DNA of 64,000 nt from Bacteroidales bacterium (lineage in GTDB: Bacteria; Bacteroidota; Bacteroidia; Bacteroidales; GCA-2748055), in the NCBI GenBank assembly GCA_029210585.1, contig JARGFP010000011.1, positions 25,814 to 89,813 of the forward strand, in the 5' to 3' direction. Below the pieces are notes generated by a model. It saw only the letters and a program-made list of their open reading frames with translations. It had not been told where the DNA came from and made no database searches. Below are positions 54,042 to 64,000 of this stretch, in pieces. Position 1 is the stretch's first letter, and each line of letters opens with the position of its first letter. Position numbers and translations under genes: made by a program.

Positions 54042-56963
54042 ATGAAAAATACTGTTTCCCTGTTCCTGTACCTCCTGTTTTCATTCAACTGGCTCAACGG
54101 GCAGGTCTCATCTTCCTTCGAAGTGAGATATTTTTCCAAAGACAAAAACACATTGGGGATCACCGATTTCAAAGGAAAAACAGCAACCTTCGATACCGAA
54201 CAGCGCGTGGATTTTCTCGCGCATTATGCACAAACAGCCTCTGCCTGGTTCCTCGACAGTGCACTGGACAACAAGGTAAATGAAGAAGCAGAAATCAACC
54301 GTTTTCTGAAAAATCTCAAAAAACAGCCACTGCCTGAAAAAAGAAAACGCATTCTTCTCGAAGAATGGAAAAAAACGGGGCACCGCCCGGGGGACCATGT
54401 GCGATCCGTCGAAGCTGTCAGGACATGGGAACAGGAAGAAGGAATTTCACTGAAAGAAGGAACACTGCACATGGTGCAGCCCGGCGTGACTGTAGAGCGC
54501 CGTACCGACAGTATACGTTGGCGCTTCCACCTCTCCTGGAAAGCCATGAGCCTCAAGGGGAAGGTCCCGATGTCCATCGAAATCCTGGACCAGGGCCGCT
54601 CCATCGCGGAAGTGGGATTCCATGCCAATGGAAATATCTTTTTCACCGCTGATGGGTTTGACAGGATGGGAACCGCCTATGTCCCCGGGAAATGGTATGA
54701 TTTCAAAATCGAGGCCGACCTGGTCAATGACCGCTATAACCTGCTGGTGGATGGCAGGAAGATCGGCGACTGGGTCACCATGAAAAACAGTTCACTTGTC
54801 AACGCCTTACGGATCAGGGGCGGACAGGGAATCCAGATCGACGACCTTTCGGGGCTGTATTTCGATACTACCGCCTGTAAACCGGCCCAACCATACAGAA
54901 CCGTGCCCTTCCTGCACGAAGATTTTAATGTACGCCCCGGGATGGATGAATGGTATATCCCTGTATATGACGATCGTTCATGGACCTCCGACCGGCTGCC
55001 CATCGTCCACGGAGGTATCCTCGAAGCGGGAGAAGACCTCTATCTCCGCAAAGAAGTCAGCCTCGGAATAGTTGAAAAAGCATGGCTCAACATCGAAACC
55101 CTTGATCCGGGCGGTGAAGTCTGGATCAACGGGAAAGTGGCCTTTGTGACACATAAAAGACATCCTGTAAAGATCGATATCACCGGTTTCCTGGTACCCT
55201 TCAGGATCAACACGATTGCGATCCGGGTCTTTTCCTTCTGCAACGACGGACCACTGTATCATTCTCCCCACGACAGGAACGTGGGGTGGTTCTGCGGCAG
55301 GGCATGGCTTGATCTTACAGAAAAGGTAACCATCAACCAGGTCAGGACGACCACCCGCTCCATTGATGCAGGAGCCCGCCAGTTCCACAGGCTGGTTCTG
55401 GAGAACCATTCAGATAATACATTCAGGGGTTCGGTGCAAATCGATTACTACCCGTGGTTCCCCGCCGATAAAAGCACGAAAGCAGCATCCTTCACCCTGC
55501 CGGTTGAGATCTTTGCAAGGGATACCATTCATATCTCCCACGAAGGGACCATTGCAGACCCGCAGCTGTGGACCCACGATACACCTCACCTGTACCGCGT
55601 GCATGCCAGGCTCTATGCAGGTGATGCGCTGGTCGACGATGAAGTGGTTACAACAGGTATCAGGACCGTCGGTCAGGAGGGTGGCATATTCAGAATCAAC
55701 GGGGAGCCTGAATTGCTGGGAGGAGCGCAGACCATGGGCTTCAGTATGCCCATTGAAAACAATGCAAAATGGAACCGCTGTCCCCCGGCCACCGTACTCG
55801 CCGATGAACTGCTGGCATGCAAAAAACTCGGCAATACCCTGCGCATTCATGTCCATGCCGGCGGGACCTATGCCCACAGTGTCAACGACCCGCGGATTGC
55901 TGAAATGGCCGACCAGCTGGGACTCATGCTGATCTGGCCCACCTCCTCATGGATCCGGGAGGGGGAATGGGGCGGTATCGATTTCGAAGGATACCCGTTG
56001 TACATGGAACAGGTATTCAACCATCCCAGCATCGTCATGTGGGAGGGAGCCAACCACCCCAACTGGTTCGGTGACAAACCGCTCGAATATTCCAACCGGT
56101 TCATTACGAAAATGTACCGCACCATTGCCGGTACCGATACCTCCCGGCTGATCTCCCCCACCTCCTACAACAAGCACTTTGCATATGGGAACGATGCCGG
56201 TACCCTGGATCACGATGGCAATCCCATCATTCCTTGCAGGGAATGGACGGCCCCACTTATCGTGCGGGGCAACCAGGATACCCTTACCGGGTACGGGGTC
56301 ACGTGGAACAACATCAGGGAATGGCCCGATCCCTACAGGAAATCACTCCTGGAAAGCCCGGAACGGGCCTACTTCAATTTTGAACACGAAGAATCGACAG
56401 GGATGCAGAACTTTGAACTGGTGCGCGGTCAGCCCTGGTACCAGATGCCGTCTTACGAAAACCCGTATGATGTGGGAAGCATCGGGAGGAACTTCACCTA
56501 CGCCGAATGGCGGATCAGCCAGGCTTGGCAGGCATTCAGTGCCTGGGAATCCATGAAATGGCAACGCATCAGGGACATCGACGGGTTCAGCTGGTGCTGC
56601 CTGCATGGCGGACCAAACAGCGGAACATACAGGAAACCACTCATCGACGCCATGGGACATGCCAAGCTGGCTTTCTACATCAACCGCATGGTATTACAGG
56701 ATGTGGTGGCAGGAAGTAACAATACAGACGTGGTCTACCACAGACGCGATGAACTCACACCGGTGATCCTGAATGTCGGGAAAGAAAAAAAGGTACGGCT
56801 GAAAATCATCATCCGGTCAGCAGACGGATCGGTCACCGACGAGAGGGAATTCAGCAACATTATCATGGAAAAGGGAAGAACGGTAACGGAGATCAAACCC
56901 TTCAAACCGGAATTCGGAGACGAAGGATACTATACCATTGAGTACTACGTGCGCAACAGCTAA
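54042..56963 (+). CDS. Glycoside hydrolase family 2-like protein with an N-terminal lectin-like extension
   Basis: 973 aa with a signal peptide. GH2 sugar-binding-domain pattern (AWLNIETLDPGGEVWINGKVAFVTHKRHPVKIDITGFLVPFRINTIAIRV). GIRTVGQEGGIFRINGEPELLGG linker. TIM-barrel motif FNHPSIVMWEGANHP. Confidence 0.6.
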   Translation: MKNTVSLFLYLLFSFNWLNGQVSSSFEVRYFSKDKNTLGITDFKGKTATFDTEQRVDFLAHYAQTASAWFLDSALDNKVNEEAEINRFLKNLKKQPLPEKRKRILLEEWKKTGHRPGDHVRSVEAVRTWEQEEGISLKEGTLHMVQPGVTVERRTDSIRWRFHLSWKAMSLKGKVPMSIEILDQGRSIAEVGFHANGNIFFTADGFDRMGTAYVPGKWYDFKIEADLVNDRYNLLVDGRKIGDWVTMKNSSLVNALRIRGGQGIQIDDLSGLYFDTTACKPAQPYRTVPFLHEDFNVRPGMDEWYIPVYDDRSWTSDRLPIVHGGILEAGEDLYLRKEVSLGIVEKAWLNIETLDPGGEVWINGKVAFVTHKRHPVKIDITGFLVPFRINTIAIRVFSFCNDGPLYHSPHDRNVGWFCGRAWLDLTEKVTINQVRTTTRSIDAGARQFHRLVLENHSDNTFRGSVQIDYYPWFPADKSTKAASFTLPVEIFARDTIHISHEGTIADPQLWTHDTPHLYRVHARLYAGDALVDDEVVTTGIRTVGQEGGIFRINGEPELLGGAQTMGFSMPIENNAKWNRCPPATVLADELLACKKLGNTLRIHVHAGGTYAHSVNDPRIAEMADQLGLMLIWPTSSWIREGEWGGIDFEGYPLYMEQVFNHPSIVMWEGANHPNWFGDKPLEYSNRFITKMYRTIAGTDTSRLISPTSYNKHFAYGNDAGTLDHDGNPIIPCREWTAPLIVRGNQDTLTGYGVTWNNIREWPDPYRKSLLESPERAYFNFEHEESTGMQNFELVRGQPWYQMPSYENPYDVGSIGRNFTYAEWRISQAWQAFSAWESMKWQRIRDIDGFSWCCLHGGPNSGTYRKPLIDAMGHAKLAFYINRMVLQDVVAGSNNTDVVYHRRDELTPVILNVGKEKKVRLKIIIRSADGSVTDEREFSNIIMEKGRTVTEIKPFKPEFGDEGYYTIEYYVRNS

Positions 56964-57547
56964 ACCTCTGTTTCAAGGAAGATGGCAAAATTGAGCTTGA
57001 TTTTGAATGAATCGCCGTCATCTTCCCCATCGAACAGGTAAGGCGTACCGTCTTCATTCACAAACTGGTACTCGAGGTGGTACATGAATTTGCCCGAATC
57101 CTCCATCCAGGCAACTGCCTGGTTAAGACCCGCTTCGCTCTCAACCAACTCCACTTCCAGTGAATCGGTTGCTACCTGGTACAGATGAAGTGTATCAAAT
57201 TCCGCAACCACTACAGTGACAGTGGAATCCATGTCGTACGCCAGCAATGTGCCGGAAAGCCAGAGATCTTCCGGTGCATTGTATTCAATGATCTCGCAGG
57301 TGATGTCCGTAATGGCATAGGAAGTAATATTCTCCCGGCAGGTTTCATATTCATCATATTGGCTGAGATCAAGCGATTCAGTGTAAGTGTAGCCGGTGGT
57401 GGTGTTTGAATCAATGTGCACTGTATAGATACCATCCACAATTTCATCAATGTCGGGGACCAGGTCAATCCCAAAGTCAAAATCGAAATCACACGATGCA
57501 AGCAAAAACACCAGTGAAATGAACGGCAGGTAAATCAGTTTTTTCAT
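56960..57547 (-). CDS. Small acidic lipoprotein, function unknown
   Basis: 195 aa with lipobox FLLASC. Its stop overlaps the GH2-like stop (CTAA shared on opposite strands). Lies downstream of gpmI. Confidence 0.6.
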   Translation of the reverse strand: MKKLIYLPFISLVFLLASCDFDFDFGIDLVPDIDEIVDGIYTVHIDSNTTTGYTYTESLDLSQYDEYETCRENITSYAITDITCEIIEYNAPEDLWLSGTLLAYDMDSTVTVVVAEFDTLHLYQVATDSLEVELVESEAGLNQAVAWMEDSGKFMYHLEYQFVNEDGTPYLFDGEDDGDSFKIKLNFAIFLETEV

Positions 57548-57603
57548 GATGCATGTAAGTTTGTTGTACTATCTATGACAAATGAAATAACCATTAATTC
57601 TTG

Positions 57604-59127
57604 CTATTTCGACACCAGAACCTTGCCTGTCATCTCCTCCGGAATGCCCACACCCATGATGTGCAGCAATGTCGGGGCCACATCAGCCAGGATGCCTTCT
57701 TCGATCGATGCGTAATCGTCTGTTACCAGGATGCACGGAACAGGGTTCAGTGAGTGGGCCGTATTGGGGGAACCGTCATCATTGACCGCATTATCGGCAT
57801 TCCCGTGATCTGCAATGATCAATACATCGTATCCGTTGGCGCGTGCAGCTTCCACCACATCACCCACACATTCGTCCACCGTCGCAATGGCTTTTTTAAT
57901 GGCATCAACCACGCCTGTATGTCCCACCATATCGCCATTGGCGAAATTAAGGCAAATGAAATCATGTTTCCCGGTATGGAGGTCTTCCACGAGCTTGTCG
58001 CGCACCCCGTAGGCACTCATCTCGGGCTGGTGGTCATAGGTCGGGACCTTGGGGGACGGGACCATGATCCGGTCTTCGTTTTCATATACTTTTTCCCTCC
58101 CACCGGAGAAAAAGAAAGTAACATGGGCATACTTCTCAGTCTCAGCAATGCGCAGTTGCGACAGGCCGGCCCGCGAAACCACCTCTCCCATGGTATGGGT
58201 TACATTGTCTTTCCCGAAAATGACATGCATCCCCTCAAATGTGGCATCGTAGGGCGTCAGGGTGCAATAGTACAGCGGCAGGGTGTGCATGTCATGCTCC
58301 GGCATGTCTTTCTGCGTAAGCGCAATCGTGATCTCCTTCGCCCGGTCATTCCGGAAATTGAAGAATACAACCACATCGTCTTCGCTGATCGTTCCCAATG
58401 GCTGTTCATGATCATCCACCACGACGATGGGCCTCATAAATTCATCGGTTACATCATTGTCATATGATTCCTGTATGGCTGATAAAATATCAGTCGTTTG
58501 CTTTCCTTTCCCATGCACGAGCAGGTCGTATGCCTCCCTGATACGTTCCCAGCGCTTATCGCGGTCCATTGCATAATAACGCCCGATGAATGAGGCCAGC
58601 TTCCCGTTCGAGTTTTCAAGATGATTCAGCAGGTTACTGATATAGCGCTTGCCGCTCTGGGGATCGGTATCCCTGCCGTCGCCAAAACCATGGATGAACA
58701 CCTTGTCAAGATCATACTCAGCCGTCATATCACACAGGGCATACAGGTGCTTGTCCAGGGAATGCACTCCTCCGTCTGAAAGCAGGCCCAGGAAATGCAC
58801 CTGCTTATCGTTGTCACGCGCATATTTGAACGCATTCACCAATACCTCGTTTCCCCTGATTGAGCCGTCTTCGATGGCCTTGTTGATTTTCACCAGGTCC
58901 TGGTAAACAATCCTCCCTGCACCAATGTTCAGGTGACCCACCTCGGAATTTCCCATCTGTCCTTCGGGCAGGCCTACATTCTCACCGGAAGCATGTAACC
59001 GCGAGGATGGATATTCTTTTTCCAGGCGATCCACATTCGGCGTCTCCACCTGGCTGATCACATCTGAATTTGAACCATTGCCAATTCCCCATCCATCGAG
59101 GATCATCAGGAGTGTTTTCTTTTTCAT
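57604..59127 (-). CDS. gpmI: 2,3-bisphosphoglycerate-independent phosphoglycerate mutase
   Basis: 507 aa. [20 protein letters not shown], the catalytic Ser context, and ADHGNA near the C-terminus. Confidence 0.97.
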   Translation of the reverse strand: MKKKTLLMILDGWGIGNGSNSDVISQVETPNVDRLEKEYPSSRLHASGENVGLPEGQMGNSEVGHLNIGAGRIVYQDLVKINKAIEDGSIRGNEVLVNAFKYARDNDKQVHFLGLLSDGGVHSLDKHLYALCDMTAEYDLDKVFIHGFGDGRDTDPQSGKRYISNLLNHLENSNGKLASFIGRYYAMDRDKRWERIREAYDLLVHGKGKQTTDILSAIQESYDNDVTDEFMRPIVVVDDHEQPLGTISEDDVVVFFNFRNDRAKEITIALTQKDMPEHDMHTLPLYYCTLTPYDATFEGMHVIFGKDNVTHTMGEVVSRAGLSQLRIAETEKYAHVTFFFSGGREKVYENEDRIMVPSPKVPTYDHQPEMSAYGVRDKLVEDLHTGKHDFICLNFANGDMVGHTGVVDAIKKAIATVDECVGDVVEAARANGYDVLIIADHGNADNAVNDDGSPNTAHSLNPVPCILVTDDYASIEEGILADVAPTLLHIMGVGIPEEMTGKVLVSK

Positions 59128-59654
59128 GCGTATATTTTATTTAAAGGCTTATAAATTTCATCTGCTAAAATATCATCCCTGCGTTTGCAACCCCTGTTTT
59201 CAACAGCCCTTGGTGCTCTTTGCACCTGGAGTTGCAGCCTTGCGGGAAGGGAGCCGGTCCATGTCCCTCATCAGGAAAACATATTGAAATACAAAAAGTT
59301 TAGTATTCTTTTTTCGCGGGCACAAATTTAGGCGTTTTGCAGAACAAACAGAAGCAAACCAACAGGATTTGTGCCTTGTAACGCAGTTTTTTATAATTTT
59401 AGGGAATTAAACCAAAAAGAAGATACTTCCAACCTTGAAACATTCCCCTATGAAACCCTCATCATTTGACATAGATATTTCAGCGGAGCAATGACAAAAG
59501 GACATGTATATATGGAACGAAGTAAAGAGCAACATAATGAGGGTTCGCCGAGCACCTTATTAAAATAAATATTTGGCGAGGCAACTAATCCCCCGGAGAA
59601 AAAATGAAATTTATAACTAATTAAATCATTGTACTTTAACTAAATTATATACTT

Positions 59655-61040
59655 GTGAAAAACTCCTTTTTCCTTCTGTTGATGTCCCTGCTGATTGCTT
59701 CCTGCAACAATGAAAGATCCATCTGCCACCTGCTGGATCAATCCGGAAAATGGCATGGGGATGAGCAATTCATCCGGGAAGATGGTGTTGTTTCGCTGGA
59801 AGGGGAATACAACACCTGGGTGTATCAGCCCGGGGTTTTCAAAACCTTTGAAAACTTTGAGCTCACCACCGAAGTATTCACCCGCCCCGGGGCCAACGCG
59901 TCCATTCTTTTTCATACCAATGAACGTGACCTGTCACAGGGATACGAGGTGGTCATCGATAACAGCAGGGTGGGCAACTGGGATCATTTACTGAAGACGG
60001 GCAGCCTGAAATCTGTCAGGAACATCCATTACCGGATGGTGGAGGATTCAGCCTGGTTCAGGCTGTCCCTGAAGGTGGTGGAGAATCATATCTTCATCTC
60101 CATCAACGGAAATCCGGTGGTCGATTATATTGAACCCGAAATGCCCTTCCGCACGACAAGGAACGAAGGTATGACCCTGGGCGCAGGAACATTTGCCCTC
60201 ACGACCCTTTTTGGAAATACCGGGATCAGCTTCAGGAACATGCAGGTAACCGTGCTGCCTGCAGCAGAAAAGAAGCGGAATGACGACCCGGAATTTGTAA
60301 GGCGGATTACCGAACTCCATACCCGGTATTTTCCAGTGGTGGATTACCACGTACACGAGAAAGGCGATCTGACACTGCCCCTGCTGATGGAGCGTTCTGC
60401 CAGGCTGGGTATCAATTATGGGGTGGCCGCCAATTGCGGACTGAAGTTTCCCATCGAAACCGACACGCAACTGGAAGCATACCAGACTTCCATTGAAGGG
60501 CTTCCGATCTTTAAAGCCATGCAGGCCGAAGGTCGGGAATGGGTGGATATGTTTTCCCCGGCGCTGGTGAAGGAATTTGACTATGCCTTTACCGATGCCA
60601 TGACATGGACCAACAACAACGGGACCAGGATGCGCCTGTGGATTCCTGAAGAAACGGAGGTGGGGGAACCCCATGATTTTATGGAACAGCTGGTGGCACA
60701 GATCGAGAAAGTAGTCACAGAACCCATCGATATCTATGTCAATCCCACCTACCTTCCCGTTGAAATTGCACAACTGTACGATGAATTATGGACCGACGAC
60801 CGGATCGACAGGGTGGTGCAGGCATTGGTAAAGAATAACGTTGCCCTGGAGATCAACAGCAGGCTTGAATTGCCCGGCAGCAAGGTGATTGCCAGGGCCA
60901 GGGAGGCTGGCGTAAAGTTTGCCCTCGGCACCAATAACACCAACTCCGAAAACCTGGGAAGGCTCGAATGGGCACTTGAGATGGTGGATAAACACCAGTT
61001 GCAACCTTCCGATATGTACCTGCCCAACACGGATGACTGA
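59655..61040 (+). CDS. Two-domain protein: N-terminal DUF1080 (3-keto-disaccharide-hydrolase-like jelly roll) plus a C-terminal PHP/metal-hydrolase-like domain
   Basis: GTG start and a lipoprotein-like signal (LLIASC). The N-domain ends with the GISFRNMQV pattern. The C-domain begins VVDYHVHEKGD (DxHxH-like) and ends ALEINSR...KFALGTNN. Confidence 0.5.
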   Translation: MKNSFFLLLMSLLIASCNNERSICHLLDQSGKWHGDEQFIREDGVVSLEGEYNTWVYQPGVFKTFENFELTTEVFTRPGANASILFHTNERDLSQGYEVVIDNSRVGNWDHLLKTGSLKSVRNIHYRMVEDSAWFRLSLKVVENHIFISINGNPVVDYIEPEMPFRTTRNEGMTLGAGTFALTTLFGNTGISFRNMQVTVLPAAEKKRNDDPEFVRRITELHTRYFPVVDYHVHEKGDLTLPLLMERSARLGINYGVAANCGLKFPIETDTQLEAYQTSIEGLPIFKAMQAEGREWVDMFSPALVKEFDYAFTDAMTWTNNNGTRMRLWIPEETEVGEPHDFMEQLVAQIEKVVTEPIDIYVNPTYLPVEIAQLYDELWTDDRIDRVVQALVKNNVALEINSRLELPGSKVIARAREAGVKFALGTNNTNSENLGRLEWALEMVDKHQLQPSDMYLPNTDD

Positions 61041-61079
61041 AAACAGGGTGCGCACCAGGACAATGATGGATTGCCGGCG

Positions 61080-61856
61080 TTACCTCGACAGGTCAAGGAT
61101 TTCCACTTTCCTGAAATCAATGGGGTGTGACTCCGACTGCAGCGAAATGTACCCTTCTTTCAACGGTGTACCGCCGGCAAGCGGAAACCCTTCAGGCACA
61201 TCTCCCCCGTCAATCACAGGCCTGGTAAAGGTCAGTACCGTGTCGCCGTCTGCCAGGTGGTGAATAAGACTGTCGCCCAACACAATAAATTCTGCAGTCA
61301 CCCAGGCATCATCCCTGATGGTTTCTGAAGCAGAAGTGTTACAATGCTGCGTAACCAGCTGACCGTCCATGTGCACATGCGTTCCCGGTGTACAGAGATT
61401 CATCGTAGGTCGTTCTCCTTCTGTATCACCACCAAGGAACTGTCCTTCCAGGGATACCGGGAACGACTGGTCCTTTTTCACACTGGCAGCAGACTGTGCA
61501 TGGTACATCACGCCACTGTTCTTCCATGCCCACCCGGCACCGCCCGGTGCCTGTTCCCCGACAAACCGGTACTCAACCCGCAGCTTGTAGTGTGAGAATT
61601 TTTTCTTGTAGTAAATATGGCCAAACTGATCGGTGAAAGTATCATAGGCATCATACCTTACCTTCAGCAGACCGTCTTCGACCCGGAAGGTATTGCCGAA
61701 ATTATCGTTCAGGTCGTAGCCGGCGATCTTCACATCCCAGCCGTCCAGGTTCTCACCGTTGAAAAGCTGTATCCATTGTTCCTCTCCTTTCCCCCCATTC
61801 TTCGTGGTGCAGGAAGCAAAAAGGATAAGTGCGGTGAACAGGGTAATTGGTCTCAT
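61080..61856 (-). CDS. DUF1080 (3-keto-disaccharide hydrolase-like) domain protein
   Basis: 258 aa with lipobox LFASC. WIQLFNGENLDGWDVK, FRVEDGLLKV and GYISLQSESHPIDFRKVEILDL are the standard DUF1080 pattern. Confidence 0.75.
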   Translation of the reverse strand: MRPITLFTALILFASCTTKNGGKGEEQWIQLFNGENLDGWDVKIAGYDLNDNFGNTFRVEDGLLKVRYDAYDTFTDQFGHIYYKKKFSHYKLRVEYRFVGEQAPGGAGWAWKNSGVMYHAQSAASVKKDQSFPVSLEGQFLGGDTEGERPTMNLCTPGTHVHMDGQLVTQHCNTSASETIRDDAWVTAEFIVLGDSLIHHLADGDTVLTFTRPVIDGGDVPEGFPLAGGTPLKEGYISLQSESHPIDFRKVEILDLSR

Positions 61857-62001
61857 GGGCAGTTGTTTTTTAGTTTGATTATAAATAAGATGTGGAATCC
61901 GCTGTTTTTAATTGCTTCACAATATAATATTTACTTTTCTGAATTAGTTTTGATCATGTACCTTTTATATCAAGTTTTATCTATAAACCAACAATAGACA
62001 T

Positions 62002-64000
62002 ATGAAACAGCGATTTTACCCGGTGATCATGATATCACTTGTCCTGATGATTTTTGCAGGATGTCAGCACAAATCCGAAGAATTATCCATTATTTTTGAA
62101 AAATACACCCTCGGAAACGGCCTGGACGTCATCCTCCACCAGGACCATTCGGACCCCATCGTAGCAGTGGCCATCCAGTACCACGTGGGTTCCAACCGTG
62201 AAAAACCAGGGAAAACCGGTTTCGCGCACTTGTTCGAGCACATGATGTTCCAGCAGTCTGAAAATGTGGGCCAGGATGAATTCTTCAAAAAAATACAGGG
62301 AGCAGGCGGAACACTCAACGGCGGAACAAGCACCGACGGAACAGTGTATTATGAAGTGGTCCCGAAAAATGCTGCCGAACTGGCCCTCTGGCTGGAATCG
62401 GACCGTATGGGGTACCTGATCAACACGGTCACCCGTTCGGCATTCGCCAATCAGCAGGACGTGGTATTGAATGAAAAACGCCAGATGGTGGATAACAACC
62501 CGTATGGACACAACAATTACGTGATTCACAAAAATCTCTTTCCCGATGGACATCCATACAACTGGCAGGTGATCGGGGAAATGGAAGACCTTTTCAACGC
62601 CACCGTGGAGGATGTCAAGGCATTTCACCAGGAATTCTACCTTCCGAATAACGCCACCCTGGCCATTGCCGGTGACTTTGAACCGGAAGAAATGAAAGCC
62701 CTGGTAGAAAAATATTTCGGAGAGATCCCGTCCGGCGAAAAGGTGGAAGATATGGATCCCGTTTACGTAACACTTGAACAGACAAAACGCCTGTACCACG
62801 AAGATAATTTTGCAAAAACGCCCCTGCTTACGATGGTATGGCCCGTAGTGGAACAATACCATCCCGATGCATATGCCCTGGATTTCCTGGGACAGATACT
62901 TGGCAGTGGCAGAAAGGCCCCCATGTACAAGGTGCTGGTGAAAGAGAAAAAACTCACTTCCCGCGTAAGCGTGTACAATTATGCAATGGAACTGGCCGGA
63001 AAGTTCACCATCTCTGTTCCCGGCAATGCTGGTACCAGCCTGGCAGATGCCGAAGCAGCCGTGTTTGAGGCATTCGAAAGGTTCGAACAGGAAGGGATCA
63101 CAGAAACCGATCTGGAAAAAATCAAGGCCGGACTGGAAACAGGTTTTTATAACGGGATCAGCTCGGTCCTTGGAAAATCGTTTCAGCTGGCCCGCTACAG
63201 TGAGTATGCAGGTGATCCTTCATTCATCGCTGAGGATATTAAAAATATCAGGTCCGTCACCATCGATGATGTCTGGCGTGTCTATGAAAAATATATCAAG
63301 GATCAACCCTTTGTGCTGACAAGCTTCGTGCCCAAAGGTCAGCTGGAACTTTCGGCTGCAGATTGTGAAAAAGCCGGTATTGTTGAAGAGTCTGGCGACC
63401 AGGTATATAAGGTAGCCGAAGTAACCGGTGAAGAGGAAGTGATCACACGTACGCCGTCTGCTTTCGATCGCTCGGTCGAACCGGTTCCCGGCCCCGACCC
63501 GGTTCGTGATGCGCCCGAAGTATGGAAATCCTCCCTTCCCAATGGAATGAAGGTGCTGGGAATCGAACACGATGAATTGCCACTGGTACAGTACACCATC
63601 GATATTGATGGGGGCCACCTCCTGGATCCCGTGGATAAATCGGGTGTAGCCAGCCTGCTGGCCACCATGCTGATGGAAGGCACAGCCAGTAAAACGCCTG
63701 AAGAGCTGGAAGAAGCCATCGATTTGCTGGGAGCCCGGATCCGGGTCAGTGCCGGACTGGAATCAATCACTGTCAATGTCAACTGCCTGGCAAGAAACCT
63801 GGAGAAAACCGTGGAACTGGTGCAGGAGATCCTGGTGGAGCCAAGATGGGATGAAATAGAATTCGAAATCGCGAAAATGAAGGTGGTCAATAATCTGAAA
63901 AGGAATAATGCCAATCCCAACTTTCTCTCCTGGCAGGCATTCAATGACCTTATTCATGGAAAGGGATCACTCCTGGCAACCTCCACATCAGGTACGGTTG
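62002..64000 (+). CDS. M16 (pitrilysin/insulinase) family zinc peptidase; the 3' end lies beyond the window
   Basis: Absent from the ORF track because it is open at the right edge. My translation from the ATG at 62002 reads MKQRFYPVIMISLVLMIFAGC (lipobox), then the inverted zinc motif GFAHLFEHMMFQ (HxxEH), then a second M16 half starting around LPNGMKVLGIEHDELP. Confidence 0.85.
   Translation, partial: MKQRFYPVIMISLVLMIFAGCQHKSEELSIIFEKYTLGNGLDVILHQDHSDPIVAVAIQYHVGSNREKPGKTGFAHLFEHMMFQQSENVGQDEFFKKIQGAGGTLNGGTSTDGTVYYEVVPKNAAELALWLESDRMGYLINTVTRSAFANQQDVVLNEKRQMVDNNPYGHNNYVIHKNLFPDGHPYNWQVIGEMEDLFNATVEDVKAFHQEFYLPNNATLAIAGDFEPEEMKALVEKYFGEIPSGEKVEDMDPVYVTLEQTKRLYHEDNFAKTPLLTMVWPVVEQYHPDAYALDFLGQILGSGRKAPMYKVLVKEKKLTSRVSVYNYAMELAGKFTISVPGNAGTSLADAEAAVFEAFERFEQEGITETDLEKIKAGLETGFYNGISSVLGKSFQLARYSEYAGDPSFIAEDIKNIRSVTIDDVWRVYEKYIKDQPFVLTSFVPKGQLELSAADCEKAGIVEESGDQVYKVAEVTGEEEVITRTPSAFDRSVEPVPGPDPVRDAPEVWKSSLPNGMKVLGIEHDELPLVQYTIDIDGGHLLDPVDKSGVASLLATMLMEGTASKTPEELEEAIDLLGARIRVSAGLESITVNVNCLARNLEKTVELVQEILVEPRWDEIEFEIAKMKVVNNLKRNNANPNFLSWQAFNDLIHGKGSLLATSTSGTV

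Noticed and set aside
59170-59280. CUGAUGA ... GAAA on the minus strand, considered as a possible hammerhead ribozyme core.
   Set aside because: The segments that would have to form stems II and III are not complementary. Only the two short core words match.

Overview
This window reads as a Bacteroidota chromosomal segment. Evidence is the type IX secretion and gliding genes, PorP/SprF-family barrels, recurrent TAnnTTTG -7 promoter boxes, and GC that looks near 50% by eye. It holds about 46 densely packed protein genes, many with 4-nt stop/start overlaps. Most are housekeeping: topA, ung, trpS, rbfA, rpoN, asnS, metK, ribE, mdh, gpmI, secDF, tatA, mlaEF, lolD/lolE-like genes, manC-like, a TonB-dependent receptor and an M16 peptidase. 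Cell-surface content falls into three blocks. First, a complete porP-gldK-gldL-gldM-gldN T9SS core operon (4575-10471), plus gldA elsewhere. Second, a 1734-aa SprB-type adhesin with 18 tandem modules and a type-B C-terminal sorting domain, followed by its SprF-like partner (26808-32912). Third, a tightly coupled three-gene envelope operon on the minus strand (13623-19539): a membrane-anchored beta-propeller protein, a lipoprotein and an outer-membrane barrel. I cannot assign a function to that operon, and it is my best candidate for an undescribed system, but the case is weak and rests on topology only. I saw no rRNA, tRNA, CRISPR array, transposase, integrase or recognisable defence genes. 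Non-coding observations are a SAM-II-like pseudoknot upstream of metK, an ~81-nt terminator-containing repeat present twice in inverted orientation with a flipped loop, four tandem 18-nt repeats, 20-nt-phased direct repeats, two near-identical sigma-54-like boxes, a long imperfect hairpin, and a 527-nt gene-free gap. All functional calls come from reading translations and motifs by eye. No database search or folding program was run.
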